A stretch of DNA of 64,000 bases from Perkinsela sp. CCAP 1560/9. Taxonomy: Eukaryota; Protista; Euglenozoa: Kinetoplastea. The notes below the pieces were generated by a model. It saw nothing but the letters and a program-made list of their open reading frames with translations, did not search any database and was not told the DNA's origin. The stretch spans positions 2,604,001 to 2,668,000 of the forward strand of contig CBFFSA010000001.1 in NCBI GenBank assembly GCA_965644495.1. Reading direction: 5' to 3'. Shown here one piece after another: positions 34,101 through 44,520 of the stretch (position 1 is its first letter; each line of letters opens with the position of its first letter). Both the position numbers and the translations under genes were made by a program.

Positions 34101-35280
34101 CTTTAAGTTCAACACATCTGGGTCAATTTCCGAAAGAGCCGCATTGTCCGCATTTTTGGGAAGCCTTTTTGGAAGAGTATTTGAGGTGGAATGGATTGCC
34201 TCGGCTAGTTTTTCCCAACTTACTTTGCTGTTTTCGACTTCAAGATGAGGAGTAGTTGCAGTTTCAGTTTCGTTTGTTGAACGTATTCTTTTCGGAGAAT
34301 GTTTCAGGGCTTTCTTAACTCCGGTTGCAAAATTGCTCTTAATGTGATCATCCCTAAGCGCAGACCAGAAGGGCGGCTGTAGTTTCTTTTCTTGTTTTTT
34401 CCAACGAAAATTAAAGTTTGAAGATAGTACGCAGTGTCTGGTTGGAATAGGGGGGATGCAAACCTTTTGTTTACGTATCGACGAGAAAAATCGACGATTT
34501 ACGATTATATGATCTAGTTGTTTTGTCAATCCTTCTGGATATTTTTTTGGACTTTGGAAAGCGATATGTCCACTTGCGCCGCGCACAGCATCCTTCATGT
34601 GCAGACTGGGCGCCCATTGAATGCAACAAACTGCGTAGCGCCTTAGTCCGCTTAGTGCGGCATTTCCAGCCTCGTACTGTAAGAAGAGGTGCATTTAAAT
34701 CTCCGCAAATGATTTTCACAGGGCTTTTATCATCATACCAGGCATCAAACAAATTTTCATCAAAGGTACCTTGGATCGATGTGTTAGCTGTTGCAGTGGG
34801 GGGGTACACATTGAACAAGAATGCCTTGGTATTCTCCAGTATCCAAAAAAAAAAAATATTCTCCAGAAAAAAAGAAAAATATTCTCCAGAAGAAGGTTGG
34901 CCTTCATTATTCGATCACTAACTTTCTCAACATTGAGAGGGTATCTGCTGATTATTGCCATTCCGTTGTATCCGTTAACAGCACTCATCAGATAAAGGTG
35001 AATAAGAATTCCGTTAAGAAAAAGCTTACGATGTAAGATGGGATCGTCACCTTGGAACGTCAGCCTCGTTTCCTGCAGATTCATAATGTCAGCACATTGA
35101 CATATAAGATTGACTCTTTATATCCGTTGCCTTTACCTTTAGGGTATCAACATTTAGAGTACTAATCGTGAACCCCCCTCTCTAGTCCAAAGAGCATGGC
35201 CGCCACACGTTTCAACAGCAACCGCTGGAACACGGCAACCAAAACACTTAACCAACCAGACACCCAAGAAGAGCGTAGTT
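31156..35280 (-). mobile_element. Decayed non-LTR retrotransposon, APE endonuclease - RT - RNase H (5' boundary approximate)
   Basis: APE fragments across frames: TLNV, LQETR, NVYPP, GDLNA, LDHI. RT: KAPGAD, PKKG..NWRPI, QFGFR, DFKQAF, QGDVLAP, YADD. RNase H: YTDGS, EAYAV, TDSEY, KVKSH, NDTAD. Frameshifts near 35100, 34840-34889, ~34550 and ~32640. Confidence 0.92.
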
Positions 35281-35297
35281 GTGTATTGAGTTGAGTA

Positions 35298-35387
35298 GTG
35301 AGGTGGCGGAGTGGCAAGAATTCAAAGTTTGAAGAACATGGTGGTCATACAGCGAGTTCAAAACCGCTCATCACATTATTACTGGCG
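35298..35387 (+). ncRNA. tRNA-like Pol III head type B, truncated copy (repeats at +6485n)
   Basis: A-box TGGCGGAGTGG at 35304-35314 and B-box-like GAGTTCAAAAC from 35354. Homologous to 35855-35945. Confidence 0.55.
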
Positions 35388-35412
35388 ATTATTACTTACA
35401 TTATTACTGGCG

Positions 35413-35700
35413 CGGTGCGGGTGTAGTTGGTAGACGGTGGGTCTTACAACTTGCAGGTTCCGGGTTCGATTCCAGCTATCGACAAAACTCGCAACCTGGC
35501 GGCCTCACTACAAAGGGAAAGCGATCAGTAGTGCCTTCAAGGCCCACACCCAACCCCGCTCCCTGGAGGACCGACCCGGAACCGCCTCGCCGAACCAGGC
35601 CCCAGCGCAGCCGCTAAATTGCGAGCTGCTTACGCAAAGGAGGCTTGAGACACAGCCTACACGATGCAACGGGGTTGGACGCCCGTCCGGGTAGCTACCG
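35413..35700 (+). ncRNA. tRNA-Val(TAC)-like-headed structured RNA / SINE-like element A (repeats at +6485n)
   Basis: D-loop AGTTGGTA, ctTACaa loop, B-box GGTTCGATTCC at 35463-35473, degenerate stems, followed by a GC-rich structured body. Confidence 0.65.
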
Positions 35701-35723
35701 GGATGGTGAACAAAATCACCATC

Positions 35724-36226
35724 ATCCAAATCATTCCGGAATGCTCCGGATGGTCGCTGGCAATCCAGACCCTTCACAGACAGATTTGGAAGTTCCGATG
35801 CCGACGTCCTCTACCAGTTTCCGCTTTTCCAAGGCGGCACCAGGGCGGAGGTGGCGGAGGTGGCGAAGTGGCAAGAATTCAAAGTTTGAAGCACATAGTG
35901 CTCAGACGGCGAGTTCAAACCCGCTCATCGCAATATTCCCGGCGGCCTCACTCTAAGAGGCTGGGCTGATAACCGACTAGGCCCAGTACTCGGAGGACCG
36001 TCCCGGACCCTCCCCTCAGGGAACCAGCTCCCTTACCCGGCTTAAACCTCTTGGGTAAGCCGTGTTGACGTACAGTTCGTCGACGCAGCGTGTTGGCAAC
36101 AGCACGTTCGTTCCGCCTTGGAAAAGCGGAAACTGGTGGAGGACGTCGGCCTCGGAACTTCCAAATCTGTCTGTGAAGGGCCTGGCTTGCCAGTGACCAT
36201 CCGGAGCAATCCGGAATGATTTGGAT
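35724..36226. repeat. ~114-bp inverted repeat flanking element B (repeats at +6485n)
   Basis: 35724-35837 is the reverse complement of 36113-36226 with few mismatches. Confidence 0.9.
35855..36110 (+). ncRNA. tRNA-like-headed structured RNA / SINE-like element B (repeats at +6485n)
   Basis: A-box TGGCGAAGTGG at 35861-35871, B-box GAGTTCAAACC at 35911-35921, variable-arm-like hairpin agcac-ata-gtgct, core shared with element A, terminal GCAA-tetraloop hairpin at 36089-36106. Confidence 0.6.
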
Positions 36227-36496
36227 TTTGGATTTGGGCGATGAGAGTCTCGGTTTTGGATTGAGAACGTTCGGACGGAGAGTTCATCGCTGTTTAAGAG
36301 TAAGGAAGAATGTTCTTTGTGTTAAAGTTAAAAAACACAGGGTTACAAGTAATATTATTTATAATAAAACACTTCAAAACTACTGTACGTGAGTTTGCGT
36401 TTTTGCATTGTAAAAGAAACCCTCTTTACTAGTGTTCGTTAATATGAGCAAATCATTTCACCAATAAGTCGGATACCAATTTAAGTGTATCAGACA

Positions 36497-36760
36497 TGTT
36501 CTCGAGCAAAACGAAACTCAGTTATTCGATGCAAAAAAAAAAAAAAAAAAAAATTATTCGATGCGAAGCCAGATTGAAGAACCAATTTTGAGAATTCAAT
36601 GATTTTTGAGCTCCGATTTCGTACGAAAGGTTTAATTGGGACAAAACTTAGCTTCAGGGGGGCCTAAAAGATAAAACAACCACACTAAATTCCTTAGCTC
36701 GGTACAATAAAAGAAACCGGCTTCACATATAATAACTGAGTTTCGTTTTGCTCGAGAACA
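36497..36760. mobile_element. MITE with perfect 30-bp TIRs (repeats at +6485n)
   Basis: tgttctcgagcaaaacgaaactcagttatt / aataactgagtttcgttttgctcgagaaca. A related end motif lies at about 30372-30390. Confidence 0.8.
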
Positions 36761-36904
36761 CTCTCTTATCACCTAATCTCCATCCCCTCTTAATGTGAAC
36801 TAACGCATCCATGAGTTAACATTCAACTTAAATGGAGTGTACACTTATCTCTCGCAATCTAATAATAACCAAAAACAAATACTTTCTGTCTTTCGCACCG
36901 CATA

Positions 36905-37038
36905 TGGGTCTTGAAGGCATTGCTTATCGCTCTACCTTTATAGTGAGGCCGCCAGGGTGCCAGTTGTGTCAACAGAGTGAATCGAACCCCCAACCTGCAG
37001 GTTGTAAGGCCCACCGTCTTCCAACTGCACCCGCACCC
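36905..37038 (-). ncRNA. Diverged, 3'-truncated inverted copy of element A (repeats at +6485n)
   Basis: Minus strand reads gggtgcgggtgcagttggaagacggtgggccttacaacctgcagg...ggttcgattc...ccctggcggcctcact. Confidence 0.7.
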
Positions 37039-37049
37039 ATTTTTCAAGG

Positions 37050-37610
37050 GGTGTTCTATGCCAGCACATGGAGAAGAATCGAATGAAACCCAAGTGTCTA
37101 CAGGTATATCAGGCCCCAAACTCTCAAAAAACGGTCTAGGAGTTGATTTGGGAAAAAAATAATTTTTAACTTTCACCCATAAATTTTTAGTTTTTTTTTT
37201 GAAAATTGCAAAAATTGCTATGATCACCTTGGTGGGGGGGGGGCAGCGGTACCCATCGGAATTGTTGAAAAACTAGTGATCTCGTCACTCAATTCGATTC
37301 ATACGTCTTCCTTTTTTCCTTGCGCCTCCTCCATCCTCATCGGCCACACACTTCAAGGTAAATTTTGGACTATGTAGGTGTATTATCGGCACAGGGTGGA
37401 GAAATATCAAATGAAATCAAAGAGTATACAGGTATAGAAGGCTCCAAACTCTCAAAAAACGGTATAGGAGTTGATTTGGGAAAAATATATTTTTTCACTT
37501 TCACCCATAAATTTTTATTTTTTTTTGCAAAATTTCAAAAATTGCTATGATCACCCTGGTGGGGAGGTGGGGGGGGGCAGTGGGTACACATCGGAATTGT
37601 TGAAAAACTG
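37050..37610. repeat. Two diverged direct copies of a ~230-bp element end (repeats at +6485n)
   Basis: ...ccaaactctcaaaaaacggt.taggagttgatttggg...catcggaattgttgaaaaact at about 37050-37274 and 37375-37609. Confidence 0.8.
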
Positions 37611-38035
37611 TTAGTTCCGCCATAGTGACAGCAACTATTGGGTTGAAGAGTCACTAGTGAGTTCTCTATTGAGTTGCACGCATCTGGATTGCTAAAACTC
37701 AATAGTAAACTCAATAGTAGCTGAAGTGTGTTTCTATTATTGAGTCTGAACTTAATAGTTCCTATGAAACTTGTGTACTATTGAGTCTGAACTTCATACC
37801 TAATTTTTTTGTAGTCCAATAATTTTTTTTGATTTCGTCAAAATTGTTTTCCCAGAAACGATTTCTAGTACATGTTTGAGAGTTTAAAGCCTTAGCTATT
37901 GTACCCTGACTGTTCAAGATGATCACTTTACAAACAAAACTATTGAACCTTCCTGGTACTCTAAAAATCATTTCTAGATTTCTGATTATTTAAGTCATAT
38001 CTTGTGAAACGGACCTACTGAACGTCATCCAAACA

Positions 38036-40740
38036 ATGGCCAAGGAAAAGAAGCAACTTACGGGAAGCATCAAAAAGCTAGAAACACAAATTGAGGAAAT
38101 GGAAAAAAGGAACAACGAACTTTCAACCACCCTTTAGCGTGTAGTAGCCGAAAATTCGGAGCTTTGTCGGTTCGCTTCTCGCCCAGAAGAAACCACACAC
38201 GAACGAACAGAAGTGACAAAATATTGGACGCATTTGCTCGAAACAGGAATGTCTTCACATCAAGTCACGGCAATTCGAAGGGCATACGAAGAATTAAAAA
38301 CAAAAACTACATGTACTTCCCTTTGGTTCTTTTCTCCGGAGCCTAGGAGTTCATTGGAAACGTTTTTTACCTTGCCATGGATCATATGGGCGCCCATGCG
38401 CCAAGGCGAAAAAGAAAACCTACACTGTCTTCATTGCAAGAGCGATTGACTTTCATGAAGCTTTCTCCTGTGCGTCGGATTTTTAATCTTTCGACACCAA
38501 TGTACTATCTTTGTGAAGTGTATCAATGTCGTAGCACTGAGTGTCGTAAGGTAATATCAAGTGATGAAAAGAGCTTAATTTCCAGCCTATCCCACAAGGC
38601 ACGAAATTCCTTTCCTATTATTAAAACTGAGAAATTGGGGATGACTAGACGACTTTCAACGGCCATTATGGCAATAGGAACTAGTGGTTCTAATATGAGT
38701 GAATTTCAAGGTATTCTGCAAGAAGTGTATGCCGTCGATTACCATCAGCGGACGTTGCAGTATCTGAGTAATAAGCGCGATGAAAGACACATTTTTGAAT
38801 TAAAGCACACGGAAAAATTTGGATTTCGCTGGGATCCTAATTGCGTGGAAGCTATTTCAAATCGAATTTCACAAGAATGGATGACTCCATCAGTGGATCA
38901 TTTTCAGGATGTTTTGATTTCATTACTCCAGCAGCGCCAGGTGGAGTGTGACAACTATATGTCCGAGCTGACTGGTACAGTGCTTGCAATGGATCATACT
39001 TTCGAGACCGCAAAGTGCATTCGACTGCGTGGGGAAGCACCGTTTCGTTCTCACTTTGTTGTTCACAATGAAATTGGTGAGATTTTGGCTGCCGTATACA
39101 CTCGAAATGAAAGTTTTGACACTTTGCACAATGTTCTTTCAAACATAGCATCACGTCCAGGAAGCAAAGCAATGGTTATATATGTTGACAACTGTTGCAC
39201 AGTACGTTCTAAAATACAACGCCACTTTCCATCTGCACATATTAAATGCGATTTATGGCATTGGCTGCACCGTTTCGCAGCTGTTATCCCACGCACTTCA
39301 GCATCAAATCGGCAAAAAATGTTTTACACCGAGCTTTGCCGATCTGTAGTAGAGCCTCTTACTATCGCTTTGTCAAAAAAGGAACATCTTGATGCGCATG
39401 AGAAAGTTATTCCACGTCCGGCAAAATTGTTTTCTAAAATGGAACTCCTGAAGGAAAAATATTCGGACATCTTTACATGGAACCCCAAGTTAGCTTCTCT
39501 CTGGCCGTACGCAATAGCCCACATCGAGCGGGACTGCCTCAGTGACCCTACAGATGTGAATTTGACGCGCGTGGATAAGGATATGGTGTATCGTTCCAGC
39601 CGAGGAACCAACATTTGTGAAAGTTTTCATTCTCGTTTGAAAGCTAAAGTGAAGCTTCGCGCGCGTAGCTCAGCAGAAACTGTAGACGCGCTGACAAGGA
39701 GCTTTATTTATCGAAGTAATGTGAAATGTGCTGTGAGATTCAAATCAGCGCCGGATATGATGTGTTTCGACGCTCTGTTGTTTCGAACCTTGAAAGAAAC
39801 CTTCTCTTCTCTCTTCCTGGGGGCGGACGATGCAAGATTATGTAATAGTCCTTTTGCACTTCTCCCTGTGGCGAAACAACTAACGACTCATGAACTGTTC
39901 TTCACACAATATGTTCACCCTGTTCAATCTGGGGATGGATATGCACTTATCCCACATTCCTTGTCTGACAATCAGCTGAGTAATGTTCGCAGCTGGGCGC
40001 AAAATAAGTTTGGTTGCGAGCCCGTATTTCTTGGCAAAGACGATGTGGAATTTAACTTCGCACTTTCGGCTACACCAACTAAGCACGAGGAAAAGGTGCG
40101 TTTCCTAGGTGGAGAGTGCACCGCAGCGTCAATGATGAGCACACTTGAATACTTGTGTGCGGGAGATCCCTGTATTCTGCGGTGCGATACATCGCGGGTG
40201 GACAAAGATACGACGTTCGAACGAGTTCTTGAACACTTGAGCAAGCCCGAGAACGACGTCGAGGAAGTTATAACCAAGGTTTCGCACGGGCAATTATTTC
40301 TTCCCCTAGTTCGCTCTCTTGCCAATGTCATTTCAAGCACTGTACTCGTTTTGCACGAGCTTTCACACGTACCATATCTAGTGGTTCCTTTCGATTCCGT
40401 ATCACCAACTCCGCAGAGGCACAGAATATGCGGTGTTTGCGTACTTGATATCCCTGGTGTAGGGATATTTAAAACTTTTGATACAGATTTTGATGTAGGT
40501 TTGGGGGCGAACGAGGAGATCATAATGGTTGATGACTTACCTGTACAACATTTTACCGCGACAGGAAATAGCAACGCATGTCACCTGGCAACACATTTAC
40601 ATGCTCCAAGAATTGATCCTCGCCAAAGAAACGTGATCCTTTTTGAAGCCTTTTTGGAAGAGTATTTGAGGTGGAATGGATTGCCTCGGCTAGTTTTTCC
40701 CAACTTACTTTGCTGTTTTCGACTTCAAGATGAGGAGTAG
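38036..40740 (+). pseudogene. DDE-type transposase (Mutator/ISL3-like motifs, DUF6729-like N-terminus), copy 1; 787-aa core ORF 38377-40740
   Basis: Core motifs MDHTF, YVDNCC, DLWH (D-x2-H) and RGTNICESFH. The N-terminus is in another frame with a TAG at 38135 and a frameshift near 38440. The last ~31 aa come from antisense LINE sequence. Confidence 0.65.
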
Positions 40741-41765
40741 TTGCAGTTTCAGTTTCGTTTGTTGAACGTATTCTTTTCGGAGAATGTTTCAGGGCTTTCT
40801 TAACTCCGGTTGCAAAATTGCTCTTAATGTGATCATCCCTAAGCGCAGACCAGAAGGGCGGCTGTAGTTTCTTTTCTTGTTTTTTCCAACGAAAATTAAA
40901 GTTTGAAGATAGTACGCAGTGTCTGGTTGGAATAGGGGGGATGCAAACCTTTTGTTTACGTATCGACGAGAAAAATCGACGATTTACGATTATATGATCT
41001 AGTTGTTTTGTCAATCCTTCTGGATATTTTTTTGGACTTTGGAAAGCGATATGTCCACTTGCGCCGCGCACAGCATCCTTCATGTGCAGACTGGGCGCCC
41101 ATTGAATGCAACAAACTGCGTAGCGCCTTAGTCCGCTTAGTGCGGCATTTCCAGCCTCGTACTGTAAGAAGAGGTGCATTTAAATCTCCGCAAATGATTT
41201 TCACAGGGCTTTTATCATCATACCAGGCATCAAACAAATTTTCATCAAAGGTACCTTGGATCGATGTGTTAGCTGTTGCAGTGGGGGGGTACACATTGAA
41301 CAAGAATGCCTTGGTATTCTCCAGTATCCAAAAAAAAAAAATATTCTCCAGAAAAAAAGAAAAATATTCTCCAGAAGAAGGTTGGCCTTCATTATTCGAT
41401 CACTAACTTTCTCAACATTGAGAGGGTATCTGCTGATTATTGCCATTCCGTTGTATCCGTTAACAGCACTCATCAGATAAAGGTGAATAAGAATTCCGTT
41501 AAGAAAAACCTTACGATGTAAGATGGGATCGTCACCTTGGAACGTCAGCCTCGTTTCCTGCAGATTCATAATGTCAGCACATTGACATATAAGATTGACT
41601 CTTTATATCCGTTGCCTTTACCTTTAGGGTATCAACATTTAGAGTACTAATCGTGAACCCCCCTCTCTAGTCCAAAGCGCATGGCCGCCACACGTTTCAA
41701 CAGCAACCGCTGGAACACGGCAACCAAAACACTTAACCAACCAGACACCCAAGAAGAGCGTAGTT
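40645..41765 (-). pseudogene. LINE 5' fragment (APE region only); further copies start at 47130, 53615 and 60100
   Basis: Copy of 34160-35280, cut off before the RT domain by the array junction. Confidence 0.85.
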
Positions 41766-44520
41766 GTGTATTGAGTTGAGTAGTGAGGTGGCGGAGTGGC
41801 AAGAATTCAAAGTTTGAAGAACATGGTGGTCATACAGCGAGTTCAAAACCGCTCATCACATTATTACTGGCGATTATTACTTACATTATTACTGGCGCGG
41901 TGCGGGTGTAGTTGGTAGACGGTGGGTCTTACAACTTGCAGGTTCCGGGTTCGATTCCAGCTATCGACAAAACTCGCAACCTGGCGGCCTCACTACAAAG
42001 GGAAAGCGATCAGTAGTGCCTTCAAGGCCCACACCCAACCCCGCTCCCTGGAGGACCGACCCGGAACCGCCTCGCCGAACCAGGCCCCAGCGCAGCCGCT
42101 AAATTGCGAGCTGCTTACGCAAAGGAGGCTTGAGACACAGCCTACACGATGCAACGGGGTTGGACGCCCGTCCGGGTAGCTACCGGGATGGTGAACAAAA
42201 TCACCATCATCCAAATCATTCCGGAATGCTCCGGATGGTCGCTGGCAATCCAGACCCTTCACAGACAGATTTGGAAGTTCCGATGCCGACGTCCTCTACC
42301 AGTTTCCGCTTTTCCAAGGCGGCACCAGGGCGGAGGTGGCGGAGGTGGCGAAGTGGCAAGAATTCAAAGTTTGAAGCACATAGTGCTCAGACGGCGAGTT
42401 CAAACCCGCTCATCGCAATATTCCCGGCGGCCTCACTCTAAGAGGCTGGGCTGATAACCGACTAGGCCCAGTACTCGGAGGACCGTCCCGGACCCTCCCC
42501 TCAGGGAACCAGCTCCCTTACCCGGCTTAAACCTCTTGGGTAAGCCGTGTTGACGTACAGTTCGTCGACGCAGCGTGTTGGCAACAGCACGTTCGTTCCG
42601 CCTTGGAAAAGCGGAAACTGGTGGAGGACGTCGGCCTCGGAACTTCCAAATCTGTCTGTGAAGGGCCTGGCTTGCCAGTGACCATCCGGAGCAATCCGGA
42701 ATGATTTGGATTTTGGATTTGGGCGATGAGAGTCTCGGTTTTGGATTGAGAACGTTCGGACGGAGAGTTCATCGCTGTTTAAGAGTAAGGAAGAATGTTC
42801 TTTGTGTTAAAGTTAAAAAACACAGGGTTACAAGTAATATTATTTATAATAAAACACTTCAAAACTACTGTACGTGAGTTTGCGTTTTTGCATTGTAAAA
42901 GAAACCCTCTTTACTAGTGTTCGTTAATATGAGCAAATCATTTCACCAATAAGTCGGATACCAATTTAAGTGTATCAGACATGTTCTCGAGCAAAACGAA
43001 ACTCAGTTATTCGATGCAAAAAAAAAAAAAAAAAAAAATTATTCGATGCGAAGCCAGATTGAAGAACCAATTTTGAGAATTCAATGATTTTTGAGCTCCG
43101 ATTTCGTACGAAAGGTTTAATTGGGACAAAACTTAGCTTCAGGGGGGCCTAAAAGATAAAACAACCACACTAAATTCCTTAGCTCGGTACAATAAAAGAA
43201 ACCGGCTTCACATATAATAACTGAGTTTCGTTTTGCTCGAGAACACTCTCTTATCACCTAATCTCCATCCCCTCTTAATGTGAACTAACGCATCCATGAG
43301 TTAACATTCAACTTAAATGGAGTGTACACTTATCTCTCGCAATCTAATAATAACCAAAAACAAATACTTTCTGTCTTTCGCACCGCATATGGGTCTTGAA
43401 GGCATTGCTTATCGCTCTACCTTTATAGTGAGGCCGCCAGGGTGCCAGTTGTGTCAACAGAGTGAATCGAACCCCCAACCTGCAGGTTGTAAGGCCCACC
43501 GTCTTCCAACTGCACCCGCACCCATTTTTCAAGGGGTGTTCTATGCCAGCACATGGAGAAGAATCGAATGAAACCCAAGTGTCTACAGGTATATCAGGCC
43601 CCAAACTCTCAAAAAACGGTCTAGGAGTTGATTTGGGAAAAAAATAATTTTTAACTTTCACCCATAAATTTTTAGTTTTTTTTTTGAAAATTGCAAAAAT
43701 TGCTATGATCACCTTGGTGGGGGGGGGGCAGCGGTACCCATCGGAATTGTTGAAAAACTAGTGATCTCGTCACTCAATTCGATTCATACGTCTTCCTTTT
43801 TTCCTTGCGCCTCCTCCATCCTCATCGGCCACACACTTCAAGGTAAATTTTGGACTATGTAGGTGTATTATCGGCACAGGGTGGAGAAATATCAAATGAA
43901 ATCAAAGAGTATACAGGTATAGAAGGCTCCAAACTCTCAAAAAACGGTATAGGAGTTGATTTGGGAAAAATATATTTTTTCACTTTCACCCATAAATTTT
44001 TATTTTTTTTTGCAAAATTTCAAAAATTGCTATGATCACCCTGGTGGGGAGGTGGGGGGGGGCAGTGGGTACACATCGGAATTGTTGAAAAACTGTTAGT
44101 TCCGCCATAGTGACAGCAACTATTGGGTTGAAGAGTCACTAGTGAGTTCTCTATTGAGTTGCACGCATCTGGATTGCTAAAACTCAATAGTAAACTCAAT
44201 AGTAGCTGAAGTGTGTTTCTATTATTGAGTCTGAACTTAATAGTTCCTATGAAACTTGTGTACTATTGAGTCTGAACTTCATACCTAATTTTTTTGTAGT
44301 CCAATAATTTTTTTTGATTTCGTCAAAATTGTTTTCCCAGAAACGATTTCTAGTACATGTTTGAGAGTTTAAAGCCTTAGCTATTGTACCCTGACTGTTC
44401 AAGATGATCACTTTACAAACAAAACTATTGAACCTTCCTGGTACTCTAAAAATCATTTCTAGATTTCTGATTATTTAAGTCATATCTTGTGAAACGGACC
44501 TACTGAACGTCATCCAAACA

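Noticed and set aside
35413-35485. Functional tRNA-Val(TAC) gene
   Set aside because: The D, T and acceptor stems have several mismatches, the anticodon loop folds as 8 nt, and no T-run terminator follows. Treated as a tRNA-derived head.
36798-36840. aactaacgc resembling the start of the kinetoplastid spliced leader within a tandem array
   Set aside because: The rest of the conserved mini-exon (CAGTTTCTGTACT...TTG|GT) is absent. The same holds for aactacgct on the minus strand near 35280.
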